Shown here: positions 8,466 to 16,996 of the stretch, in pieces
Position numbering within the stretch: the first letter of the stretch is position 1
How the letters are laid out: each line of letters starts with the position of its first letter
Origin: an archaeon GW2011_AR10
GTDB taxonomy: Archaea; Iainarchaeota; Iainarchaeia; Iainarchaeales; GW2011-AR10
Length of the DNA stretch: 32,000 nucleotides
Assembly (NCBI GenBank): GCA_000830275.1
Contig: CP010424.1
Location: 1,140,001 to 1,172,000, forward strand
Direction of reading: 5' to 3'
Translations under genes and position numbers: made by a program
Notes under the pieces: generated by a model
The model's database searches: none
Seen by the model: only the letters and a program-made list of their open reading frames with translations
What the model was told of the DNA's origin: nothing

Positions 8466-8550
8466 ACAAAAGCCCACGTTCAAAACTTTTTCAACAGAGC
8501 CCCACTTCGGCGTAACCTTTTTTAACCAATTTATATTACTATTTTATATT

Positions 8551-11500
8551 ATGCCTTCGACTTCTCCTAAGAAAAAGAAAATTGTTTCGATTAAGAGCAC
8601 GGCCGAAATTGAGGTGCCGAAAAGGCTTGTTGACCAAGCGATAGGCCAAGAGCAAGGCGTAAGCATCATAAAGAAGGCAGCAGCACAGAAAAGAAACGTT
8701 TTGCTTGTTGGGCCGCCTGGCACAGGCAAAAGCATGCTGGCGCAGGCAATGTCTGAAATTCTCCCGTTGAGCGAGCTAAAGGACATTTTGATTTACCCAA
8801 ACCATGATGACCCTAACACTCCTAAGGTTGTAACCGTCAAGGCGGGGCAGGGCAAAAAGATTGTAGATGATGCAAGGCTTGAGTCTAGGACGCAGGAAGA
8901 CAGCATCAGGCTCATTGGCTTTATTGTGCCCATTGCAATGTTCCTTGTAAGCTTTGTGGTCTGGAAGCTTGAGTGGATTCCTGATGTTGTTTTTGCTGCA
9001 ACGCTGATTGTTGTTGCGTTCCTGTTCTTCGGCTTTGCGATTGGAGCGCAGGTTAGAACCAAGTCAACTGCTGTTGTGCCAAAGCTTTTGGTCAGTAATG
9101 CAAACAAGAAGGTTGCACCGTTCATTGAGGCAACTGGTGCAAGAGCGGGGGCACTGCTTGGTGACGTGCGTCATGACCCGCTTCAGTGCATTTTACCAGA
9201 CCAACTTGTTTCATTGCCTAATGGAAAACAAGTTCAGGCATCTGATTTGATTGATCGATTTTTTGGTGAGGAAAAGAAGACGGAGAATGTATTGAGTAAA
9301 GATGAAAAGTTCAATGTTCTTAGTGGTCTTGGCCAAAAATTCTGTTACTCAAATGCCACCGTTACGAAAGTTTTCAAGAGGGACTATGAAGGTGAAATAA
9401 TTGAGTTAAAGACAAAAAAGGGCTACCATATTAAGGTTACTCCTAATCACCCTGTGGCGGTTTTTTCTGAAAATGCAGAAGTTGAGTTCATTGAGGCAGC
9501 CAAAATTAAAGCAGGGTATTTCTCGGTTGCCCCAGAGAAACTGCCAATTGATGTGAAATCAAGGCTTGATGACGCCAAAATTGTTTTGCTTGCTGACATT
9601 TTGGCTGATGGGTACATAGGGAATAGGAATGTGCAGTTCAAATTGAGGAGAGAATTCAAGGTAAAAAAAATTGAGTCAGACATAACGAATGCCGGTTTGA
9701 AGTTCACTAAAAGACTTGACGGAAAAAACATCAGAATTGACATCAATTCAGCTGAGTTCGTGAAGTGGCTCAATTCCATTGGTGCTGTGTGTAACCGCTC
9801 AAAATCCATTCCCTCAATTATTTTCGATCAAACTCGCGAAAGCATAGAGTTGTTCATAATCAATTATGTATCGCTTGATGGTTATGTGAGCAAACAAGGG
9901 CAGTTTGAGCTTCTTTCAAAAGAGCTAATTCCTGATTTCATTCCGCTGTTGTTGAAGGCTGGTTTGAAGCCAAATTACAGGCCGCGCTTGGACAGAGGCT
10001 TCAAGAAAGGCAATCTCCAGCCAAGAATAACTTTCCAGGATGTTTCTTTCGCCCAAAAATATTTCAAGCTCACTGCAAATCCATTTCACAAGAAGAACTT
10101 AGAAAAATATCTTTCAAAAACAGCTTATCATCATGTGACTTTTGATGATATTATTCCGGTAAATTTCTCTCTGCTAGAAAAGTTCAGAGACAAAACAGGC
10201 CTTTCAAAAGCAAAAGTCCACGAAGAGTATTATGCCCTGAATAAAAGCGTTAAAACTTCAAAGAGTCCTACTCGGCAGTTCCTGCAAGAGATTGTTTCCA
10301 AGTTCATGAGCATTACAAACGACCCTGAGCTTTTCGGGTTGAGGGATGTGGTACAGGGCACATTTTCCTACGATGAGATAATTGAAGTGAATAGGGTAAA
10401 TTATTCTGGGCCTGTTTACAATATGACAACTTCCACTGGAACCTATTTGGTTAATCTTGTACTAACGCATAATTCAGGGGGCTTAGGCACGCCACCTCAT
10501 TTGAGGGTTGAGCCTGGAATGATTCACAGGGTTAATGGCGGAGTTCTTTTCTTGGACGAAGTTGCAACCCTTTCTCCAAAAGCACAGCAAGAGCTGTTAA
10601 CTGTAATGCAGGAGAAAAAGTACCCTATTACTGGCCAGAGCGAGATGAGTTCTGGAGCAATGACTAGAACTGAGCCTGTTCCCTGCGATTTCGTGCTTGT
10701 TGCTGCAGGCAACTATGAGGACATCCAAAAGATTCACCCTGCGTTGAGGAGCAGAATCAGGGGCTATGGTTACGAGGTTTACATTAATCAGGACATGGTG
10801 GACAACGCTGAAAACAGGGACAAGATTATACAGTTCATTGCACAGGAAGTGAAAAAGGATGGGAAAATACCTCATTTTTCGGCTGAAGCAGTTGAGTCAA
10901 TAATTTTTGAAGCCAGGCGCCGGGCCAGCAGAAAAAACAAGCTAACCTTGAGGCTGCGGGATTTGGGTGGCTTGATTAGGGCTGCTGGGGACATTGCAAA
11001 AGAAAAAGGCCAGAAGGCAGTTGAAGCACAAGACGTCTATGAAGCAAAAATGTCTGCTAAAACACTTGAACAGCAAATGGTTACAAAGATGCTGGAGGAA
11101 AAAAAGGATTACGATGTTTACTTGTTTGAGGGGAGCGCTGTTGGGAGAGTCAATGGCTTGGCGGTTTCAGGTGACGGTGATGCCGGATTGGTGCTGCCAA
11201 TTGAGGCAGAGGTTGCACCTGCTTCAAGCAAGTCCGAGGGCAAAATAATTGCAACAGGAAAACTTGGGGAAATAGCAAAGGAAGCAGTGCAAAATGTTTC
11301 AGCCTTAATTAAGAAACTCAGCGGAAAGGATGTAAGCGAGTTTGACATTCACATTCAGTTCCTGCAGACTTACTCTGGGGTTGAAGGTGACTCGGCTTCA
11401 GTGAGCGTTGCAACCGCGGTTATTTCTGCTTTGGAGGGCATTCCCATAAAGCAGAGCCTTGCAATGACAGGCAGCTTGAGCGTTAGGGGCGAAGTGCTTC

Positions 11501-11799
11501 CAGTGGGCGGGGTTACCGCAAAGGTTTCTGCTGCAATAGCTGCGGGCTTCAAGGAAGTGGTAATTCCAAAGGCAAACAAGGATGATGTTGTGCTGTCGAA
11601 AGAACAATTAAACAAAATAAATATTGTTGCGGTTTCAACTCTTTCAGAGGTTGTTGACAATGCATTCGTTAAATCCAAGAAAACAAATGTGCTGCTCAAG
11701 AACCTGGGCAAACTTTTCTCGCTTGAGGTGCCTTCCCTGCTTGAAGGCGAGCTCGGCAAGGGAATTGTAAAGGCAGGCTTTTTATCCAAGCAAAAGTAG
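8551..11799 (+). CDS. lonB: archaeal membrane-bound Lon protease (LonB), interrupted by an intein
   Basis: Walker A motif VLLVGPPGTGKSMLAQA. A two-helix TM insertion (IGFIVPIAMFLVSFVVW...VVFAATLIVVAFLFFGFAIGA) lies within the AAA+ module, as in LonB. The proteolytic domain has GDSASVSVATAVISAL (catalytic Ser) and VGGVTAKVSAA (Lys). The extein total of 653 aa is typical of LonB. Confidence 0.9.
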   Translation: MPSTSPKKKKIVSIKSTAEIEVPKRLVDQAIGQEQGVSIIKKAAAQKRNVLLVGPPGTGKSMLAQAMSEILPLSELKDILIYPNHDDPNTPKVVTVKAGQGKKIVDDARLESRTQEDSIRLIGFIVPIAMFLVSFVVWKLEWIPDVVFAATLIVVAFLFFGFAIGAQVRTKSTAVVPKLLVSNANKKVAPFIEATGARAGALLGDVRHDPLQCILPDQLVSLPNGKQVQASDLIDRFFGEEKKTENVLSKDEKFNVLSGLGQKFCYSNATVTKVFKRDYEGEIIELKTKKGYHIKVTPNHPVAVFSENAEVEFIEAAKIKAGYFSVAPEKLPIDVKSRLDDAKIVLLADILADGYIGNRNVQFKLRREFKVKKIESDITNAGLKFTKRLDGKNIRIDINSAEFVKWLNSIGAVCNRSKSIPSIIFDQTRESIELFIINYVSLDGYVSKQGQFELLSKELIPDFIPLLLKAGLKPNYRPRLDRGFKKGNLQPRITFQDVSFAQKYFKLTANPFHKKNLEKYLSKTAYHHVTFDDIIPVNFSLLEKFRDKTGLSKAKVHEEYYALNKSVKTSKSPTRQFLQEIVSKFMSITNDPELFGLRDVVQGTFSYDEIIEVNRVNYSGPVYNMTTSTGTYLVNLVLTHNSGGLGTPPHLRVEPGMIHRVNGGVLFLDEVATLSPKAQQELLTVMQEKKYPITGQSEMSSGAMTRTEPVPCDFVLVAAGNYEDIQKIHPALRSRIRGYGYEVYINQDMVDNAENRDKIIQFIAQEVKKDGKIPHFSAEAVESIIFEARRRASRKNKLTLRLRDLGGLIRAAGDIAKEKGQKAVEAQDVYEAKMSAKTLEQQMVTKMLEEKKDYDVYLFEGSAVGRVNGLAVSGDGDAGLVLPIEAEVAPASSKSEGKIIATGKLGEIAKEAVQNVSALIKKLSGKDVSEFDIHIQFLQTYSGVEGDSASVSVATAVISALEGIPIKQSLAMTGSLSVRGEVLPVGGVTAKVSAAIAAGFKEVVIPKANKDDVVLSKEQLNKINIVAVSTLSEVVDNAFVKSKKTNVLLKNLGKLFSLEVPSLLEGELGKGIVKAGFLSKQK
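9187..10473 (+). mobile_element. 429-aa intein with a LAGLIDADG homing-endonuclease domain inserted in lonB
   Basis: The N-junction is GDVRHDPLQ / CILPDQLVSLPNGK (Cys1, residue 213) and the C-junction is LVNLVLTHN / SGGLGTPPH (His-Asn then Ser+1, Asn at residue 641). Block B is VTPNHPV. Two LAGLIDADG-type motifs are present (LLADILADGYIG and INYVSLDGYVS). Removing it restores the contiguous LonB sequence DPLQ-SGGLGTPPHLRV. Confidence 0.85.
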
Positions 11800-11803
11800 T
11801 TTT

Positions 11804-13051
11804 TTAAGCCCTTATCAGTATTCTGCCGCCCCTAAGATCAAACTTGTCCTGTGTAACAGTTATCTTTTGTTTTGTTCTGATGTTCCTGTACTCAATCAGA
11901 TTCTTGTTTTTCTGGATGTCCTCTACTTTTCCAATCCACTGGCCTTCCCTGCTGTAAACAGGCAAGCCAATCATAAGCTTTGTAATTTTTTTCCTGACGT
12001 CAAGCACGCTTGACAGCCTGTAAGCAATCAGCGCAACCGCTAGGGAAACCACTATGTTGACTGTGAGGAACTCTATTCCTGCATATGGCTCTCCAATAAG
12101 CACTCTCCTTCCTGTGTCAAGGATGAACCAAACCAATGCAATTGCAACAATGGAGAGAAAATACCTCCTCAAAAGGAAGGCTTTCTTCAGCTGCACCGAG
12201 TCAATGCTTTGCCCTAAAACAAATGAGACGCCTGCAATTGTGGTGAAGTTAATGAACTGTTCCACCGCTTCAATTGCTTTAATGAATACGGCTGGAGAAG
12301 GAGATGAAATGAATGCAAGGTAACTTGTATAGATTCCTATAAGAAAAATCATTATTGTCATAAGGTAAAGGGGAAAGCTGACTCTCTGAAGTGAAATGGC
12401 TTTTGTAACAGATGTGGCTGCAGCCGCGATTTTGTCTTCAAGACCGGTTCCTTTCAGTATCATGTATGCGCCAACAACAAGGGACATTGTTTGGAAAAAA
12501 ATTCTTTCCTGCCCTAGGAAGAAAAGCAGCCCCCACAAAATAACTACTATTCCCGGAATAAGGAAAAAAATTCTTGCTATGCTGGGGTCCTTTAAGGCTT
12601 CCTTAATTGAGTAGTATGTGCCCTCTACTTCTTTGGCCTGCTTTACAATGATTAATTCTTTGGAGATAAGTGGTGCCCGGCTTTGCAGGAGCGGGATTAT
12701 TTGGTCGTCTTCTGCGCCGTCTGTTACAAGCACAAAAGCGTCTGCCGGAAAATTTTCCAGCACTGAGTCTAGCTGCTCCATTATGATTTTGTCTGACTTG
12801 AAGCCTTCCTTGGAGTGGCCTGTAAGCGTTACAACCTCAACGTTTTTGAACTGTTCCTTGACTTCCTCGAAGACTTTCACTGCCCCAAAAATGCTGTTAA
12901 CATCAGAGTCCTCTGGGTCAGCCAACGCCAGTTTTGCTGCTGAGTTAAGGTTTTTTTGCTTCCCCACTATCGGGCCCTGTACGCCTGCTTTTCTGCCGAG
13001 GTCGTCATCTCGGTCAATGCATAAAACCAGTACATTGCTGTATTTGGCCAT
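11804..13051 (-). CDS. DUF373-family archaeal integral membrane protein with a C-terminal PRC-barrel-like segment
   Basis: The N-terminal soluble domain VLVLCIDRDDDLGRKAGVQGPIVG is as I recall for DUF373. It is followed by about 6 hydrophobic helices. The C-terminus GLPVYSREGQWIGKVEDI is PRC-barrel-like. Confidence 0.55.
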   Translation of the reverse strand: MAKYSNVLVLCIDRDDDLGRKAGVQGPIVGKQKNLNSAAKLALADPEDSDVNSIFGAVKVFEEVKEQFKNVEVVTLTGHSKEGFKSDKIIMEQLDSVLENFPADAFVLVTDGAEDDQIIPLLQSRAPLISKELIIVKQAKEVEGTYYSIKEALKDPSIARIFFLIPGIVVILWGLLFFLGQERIFFQTMSLVVGAYMILKGTGLEDKIAAAATSVTKAISLQRVSFPLYLMTIMIFLIGIYTSYLAFISSPSPAVFIKAIEAVEQFINFTTIAGVSFVLGQSIDSVQLKKAFLLRRYFLSIVAIALVWFILDTGRRVLIGEPYAGIEFLTVNIVVSLAVALIAYRLSSVLDVRKKITKLMIGLPVYSREGQWIGKVEDIQKNKNLIEYRNIRTKQKITVTQDKFDLRGGRILIRA

Positions 13052-13070
13052 TTAGACCCCCAATATATGA

Positions 13071-13095
13071 GTTTATATAATTTACTTTATATAAA
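13071..13095. promoter_or_regulatory. divergent promoter region with two TATA boxes
   Basis: TTTATATAA (13072-13080) is centred about 25 nt from the minus-strand ATG at 13051. TTTATATAAA (13086-13095) lies about 40 nt upstream of the plus-strand start at 13134. Confidence 0.45.
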
Positions 13096-13133
13096 TAGTT
13101 ATTAGTCACTTTTTAAAATGAATAAATTATTTT

Positions 13134-14018
13134 TTGGTGGTTTTTTTGGCTCAAAAACTCGTAAAGCAGGCAATTTTTGGTGGAGTCATAATTCTTTTGT
13201 TTATACTTTTGGTGGCAATAATCCAGCTGCAGGACTTTTTCTTAAGGAATATTTTGTGGATTTTTCTTGGTTTGATTGTGTTGTTCCTAGTTTGGAAGTA
13301 TGATTACCTTCTCCAGTTAAAGGACTTTGAGAGAGCAGTGATTTTTAGGCTGGGAAAAGTGCACAGAGTTGGTGGTCCCGGTTGGGCTATCTTGCTGCCC
13401 CCGATTGAAACTTACTATGCTGTGGATGTAAGAACCCAGACGATTGATGTCAAGCCCCAAAACGTTGTCACAAAAGACCAGGTTGAGGTAAGAGTTGATG
13501 CAGTGATTTACCTTAAAGTCAGAAAAGACAACGAGTCAGTAATTAAGTCTATTGTTGAAGTGCAGGACTATAGGCAGGCTTCCCAGCTTTATGTTGTTGC
13601 GCTGATTAGGGATGCAATCGGCACCATGAATTTAAGCGAGCTCATTTCAAACGTTGAGCAATTGAATGCTAAGATGGAGAAGGGCCTCTCAAACATCGCT
13701 CATTCTTGGGGCGTTACAATTGAGTCAGCAAAAATAACGACAATGGACATTCCGGCAGTTGTGCTGAGCGCAATGCACGACCAGAAGGCAGCGGTGCAGA
13801 AAAAGCTTGCGAGAATTGAAGCAGCTGAAGCCCAGAAAATTGAAATTGATGCAGTGAAAGCGGCTGCAGAGCAGCTGAACGAGAAAGCGCTCGCATACTA
13901 TTATGTTAAAGCCCTGGAAAAGGTTGGAGAGGGCAAGTCAACAAAATTCATTTTCCCGATGGAGTTAAGCAGGCTGGCTGAAGCAATTGGCGGCAGAATT
14001 GCCGGAAAAGAAAAGTGA
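13134..14018 (+). CDS. SPFH/band-7 (stomatin/slipin-like) membrane protein
   Basis: An N-terminal TM segment is followed by ERAVIFRLGKV...GPGWAILLPPIE...VDVRTQTIDV...VITKDQVEVRVDAVIYLKV, the typical SPFH core, then an Ala/Glu-rich coiled coil. The start is uncertain: TTG at 13134 or GTG at 13137, with no in-frame ATG near. Confidence 0.8.
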   Translation: MVVFLAQKLVKQAIFGGVIILLFILLVAIIQLQDFFLRNILWIFLGLIVLFLVWKYDYLLQLKDFERAVIFRLGKVHRVGGPGWAILLPPIETYYAVDVRTQTIDVKPQNVVTKDQVEVRVDAVIYLKVRKDNESVIKSIVEVQDYRQASQLYVVALIRDAIGTMNLSELISNVEQLNAKMEKGLSNIAHSWGVTIESAKITTMDIPAVVLSAMHDQKAAVQKKLARIEAAEAQKIEIDAVKAAAEQLNEKALAYYYVKALEKVGEGKSTKFIFPMELSRLAEAIGGRIAGKEK

Positions 14019-14052
14019 GCTAATTTTTTTCTGCAGTCTTGTGCATTGGAGT

Positions 14053-14925
14053 TTACCCCACAATCAGCCAAGCCTCAATTGCTGCTCCAATGAAGAGGAG
14101 AATGTAAGCGATTATTATCATTGAAAGGGTGTCCTTTGCGATTGTCTCGAATTGATGCGAACCATAAGTTTTTCCAGAGAGGACAGCTGAAATTATGCCG
14201 CCAGCAATGGCCCCCATGAAGTAACCCGTTATTTCCCACATGCCGTGCGGCAAATAACTGATGCCGCGCAGCAGCCCAGCAAGAGCATGAACTTCCACCA
14301 CTTCTTTGCCAATGAAAGTCCCTATTACTGATGCATTCCAGCCAATTAGGAAAATGGCTCCAGCACCAAAAAGGAAAGAGAACATTATTGCGAGGACCAA
14401 GACAAAGGAATTGTTTGAGAAAATGAAGAAAGTGCATTTTTCAATTGATTTTGTGGCGGGGTTCTTGCACTCATTTGCTCCCACTGCCCTGCCAGTTATC
14501 TTCGAAAAAACATTTTCCTGCTCGGAGAAGATTTTTTCCCTTGTAGGAAAACCGCAGTTTAATGCTTTTTCAGCGCCAATGCAGTTGGTTTCCGCTGAAG
14601 GCAGAACAACGTACCATAACGTGTAGCTTGCAATTAAGCCAAGGAACAGGAAGGCGTACAGTAACACCAACTCAAAGTGCCTTGTTATGAAGGCCGGCGC
14701 CCAACCAGGCTTTTCCACTTCCTCCATGGTTTCTTCCACGAACATTTTGTGTATTATTGGAACGAAGCCTATTGTGACAAAGGCCAGTGGAAGAATGCTT
14801 GAACTGTTGGGGAAAACGTAAAAGGAAACCCAGATGCTGACGCTTGAGAGTATAAGCGCCATGAAGAAAATAGTGCTTGGATGCCGCCTTGCAATCACGT
14901 CGCTTACTATTGACTCCAGCACCAT
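14053..14925 (-). CDS. SpoIIM/DUF95-family integral membrane protein
   Basis: Multi-pass membrane protein. GISYLPHGMWEITGYFMGAIAGG matches the PHGxxEIxa motif of stage II sporulation protein M-like proteins. Confidence 0.55.
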   Translation of the reverse strand: MVLESIVSDVIARRHPSTIFFMALILSSVSIWVSFYVFPNSSSILPLAFVTIGFVPIIHKMFVEETMEEVEKPGWAPAFITRHFELVLLYAFLFLGLIASYTLWYVVLPSAETNCIGAEKALNCGFPTREKIFSEQENVFSKITGRAVGANECKNPATKSIEKCTFFIFSNNSFVLVLAIMFSFLFGAGAIFLIGWNASVIGTFIGKEVVEVHALAGLLRGISYLPHGMWEITGYFMGAIAGGIISAVLSGKTYGSHQFETIAKDTLSMIIIAYILLFIGAAIEAWLIVG

Positions 14926-15098
14926 GTTCTCATATCTCTAAGGTTATTGAATACCTTTACTGGGCTTATAAACTTACAGTAATTAAGTTAATAAGTATTC
15001 AAAACCCTTATCCCTTTGCGGCGTGCTGGTTTAAATATATTTCTTTGGGTAAAATTATTAGAAAACCCCCCTTAAAATTCTGTTTTTTTGGTGATAAA

Positions 15099-15878
15099 TT
15101 GCAGAAAGAACTTGTTTTTCCAGGAAGCTTTCTTAGTACTGAAGAGGAGTTTTTGGCAGGCGCGAACACTTACATTGACAGCAGCGGCAGCATTTTTTCT
15201 GACTCGGTTGGAGTAAAGGAAGTTGATGAAAAAAACAGGGAAATAAAGGTGAAAGAGAAGCTAAAGGAAGTAAAAATGCTTGAGCGCGGCTGCACTGTTT
15301 ACGGTGTTATTTCAAATGTCAGAGAACAGATAGCAATGGTGGAGTTAAAGTTTGCCACTAAGGACGGTTACGAGCACCGAATCAACAATTCTTTCGGCAT
15401 TCTCCCTGTTTTCAATGTCAGCGACCGCTATATTGAATCCTTGGAGAACGAGTTCAAGATAGGGGACATAATCAAGGCGAACGTTGCAAACGTAACCACT
15501 TTTAATGTCGAGCTTGAAACCAAAAGCTCAACTGACTTCGGGGTTGTGAGAAAGCGGGAGAGCTTTCTTTCCGCTGATTTCAGGAACGAGTTAAAGGTAA
15601 AGGAAAACATGGAAAAAGAGAGAGGCGAAATTGCAGGAGACAGCAGGGAAGGCCCGAGGAGAAGAGATGGAAGCAGTGGCGCTGATCGAGATAGGGGCAG
15701 AGGAAGAATTGGTTCAAGAGGGAGATATGCAAGGAACGCAATTGGTGGAAGAGAAAGAGATGAAACTAGTGAGGGGAGAGGCAGAGGAAGAATTGGAATG
15801 AGGGACGGGGAAGGAAGAAGCGGAAGCTGGGGAAGCAGGAGAAACCCAGAAAGGAGTAGTGAGCGGAGATGGAGATAG
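15099..15878 (+). CDS. csl4: exosome RNA-binding subunit Csl4-like, with no Zn-ribbon and a C-terminal Arg/Gly/Glu-rich tail
   Basis: ELVFPGSFLSTEEEFLAGANTY is the Csl4 N-domain signature. An S1-like core follows (GCTVYGVISNVREQIAMVEL...IGDIIKANV). There is no Cys after the S1 domain. Instead the tail reads RRRDGSSGADRDRGRGRIGSRGRY...GRGRGRIGMRDGEGRSG. I moved the start to the in-frame TTG at 15099 because the track start at 14877 overlaps the neighbouring gene and the promoter. Confidence 0.6.
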   Translation: MQKELVFPGSFLSTEEEFLAGANTYIDSSGSIFSDSVGVKEVDEKNREIKVKEKLKEVKMLERGCTVYGVISNVREQIAMVELKFATKDGYEHRINNSFGILPVFNVSDRYIESLENEFKIGDIIKANVANVTTFNVELETKSSTDFGVVRKRESFLSADFRNELKVKENMEKERGEIAGDSREGPRRRDGSSGADRDRGRGRIGSRGRYARNAIGGRERDETSEGRGRGRIGMRDGEGRSGSWGSRRNPERSSERRWR

Positions 15879-16144
15879 AGTTAATAAAAAACAACAAAAA
15901 CATGGTTGAGTTCTCAATAAAGGGCGAGAGGCACACTTTTTCTAACCTGCTGAAGAGCAGGTTGCTGGAGGACAAAAGCGTTGAATTCGCTTCATACTTG
16001 CTTGAGCACCCAACTGATAACAGCGCAAAATTTATTTTGGCTACAAAGGGCAAGACCCCGAAAAAGGCGCTTGAAGACGCAATAAAAAAAATTGATGACG
16101 ACTTAAGCGAATTCGAAGACCTAATTAAAAAGGCTGTCAAGTAA
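15869..16144 (+). CDS. rpoL: DNA-directed RNA polymerase subunit L (Rpo11)
   Basis: MEIELIKNNKNMVEFSIKGERHTFSNLLKSRLLEDKSVEFASYLLEHP matches the RpoL pattern (xExxxxGEDHTLxNLLxxxLxxxxxVxFAxYxxxHP). It is 91 aa and overlaps the csl4 end by 10 nt. Confidence 0.85.
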   Translation: MEIELIKNNKNMVEFSIKGERHTFSNLLKSRLLEDKSVEFASYLLEHPTDNSAKFILATKGKTPKKALEDAIKKIDDDLSEFEDLIKKAVK

Positions 16145-16950
16145 TGTCATTGCGAGAAAAATGGCGGTCTTTCCGCAGAAAACTAAGGTGGCTGGACCCC
16201 TTCACTTACGTTGACGAATTTGTAATGCCGGTTGTTAACCCTCGCAATTCCGAAGTTCTGGCTTGGGCTGTTTACATTTTAAGCGCTCTTGTTTTTGCTT
16301 GGGCGTTTTATGCGTTGCTGGGCTTTGTGTTGAGCACGCCAACCCCCATAATGATTGTTGTTTCCGGCAGCATGGAGCCATTAATGCATCGGGGTGACCT
16401 CGTGCTCGTGCAGGGCGTTCAGGCAGAGCAACTAAAAGGACAGCAAGTGCCCTATGGCAGTTCACTGGAAAAAGTGCCTCTTCACTCTTTTGCAACAACG
16501 CTTTGCAGTCATTTCAATGAAACCGAGAGGCAGAGCCCGTGCGTAGAGTTTTTCCCAGAATTCAGGGAAGGACCGCCATACGGCTTTGAAACTGTTGGAA
16601 TTCACTTGATTGATGACAGGGAAATTTTCTTTGACAGGGAAGGAGACATCATCATTTATCGCTCTCCAACCAAGAACGAAGACATAATTCACAGAGTACT
16701 GCTAAAAGTTATCGCTGATGACACCTACCTTTTAACCAAAGGCGACAACCAGAAAACAAACCCTTTCCTTGACCAAGAAATAATTGGAGGGGCTGCAATC
16801 TCACCTTACCTTGTTCGGGCTGACTCAATTAACGGCAAAGCAGTGTTGTTTGTTCCGCTTATTGGTTGCGCCAAGCTCTGGCTCTTCGATGACCTTTCAA
16901 GCCTTGTGCTGCGCGGAAGGTTGCCAGAAGAATTCAGGGGAATCTGCTGA
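16144..16950 (+). CDS. archaeal Sec11-type signal peptidase I, with a long insertion
   Basis: After a TM helix come the Ser box VVSGSMEPLMHRGDLVLVQG and the His box GDIIIYRSP...IIHRVL. The ATG shares one nucleotide with the rpoL stop (TAATG). Confidence 0.75.
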   Translation: MSLREKWRSFRRKLRWLDPFTYVDEFVMPVVNPRNSEVLAWAVYILSALVFAWAFYALLGFVLSTPTPIMIVVSGSMEPLMHRGDLVLVQGVQAEQLKGQQVPYGSSLEKVPLHSFATTLCSHFNETERQSPCVEFFPEFREGPPYGFETVGIHLIDDREIFFDREGDIIIYRSPTKNEDIIHRVLLKVIADDTYLLTKGDNQKTNPFLDQEIIGGAAISPYLVRADSINGKAVLFVPLIGCAKLWLFDDLSSLVLRGRLPEEFRGIC

Positions 16951-16996
16951 TTGGTTTTTAAGGAGAATCCAGTTCAAGGATTTTAAGTGGTGAGCA

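Noticed and set aside
8518-8537. A specific TATA-box call for lonB.
   Set aside because: Two overlapping candidates exist: CTTTTTTTAA at about 8517-8526 and TTTATATT at 8530-8537. Their spacings to the ATG at 8551 are different and imperfect, so I cannot choose between them from sequence alone.
13118-13303. An alternative 61-aa ORF starting at the ATG at 13118, overlapping the start of the SPFH gene.
   Set aside because: It is in a different frame from the SPFH homology and its translation has no motif. The SPFH frame continues for 294 aa.
14877-15098. The N-terminal 74 codons of the track ORF 14877..15878.
   Set aside because: This part overlaps the 5' end of the minus-strand SpoIIM-like gene and then crosses the AT-rich promoter region. 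Csl4 homology begins only at ELVFPG. An in-frame TTG at 15099 gives a normal-length N-terminus.
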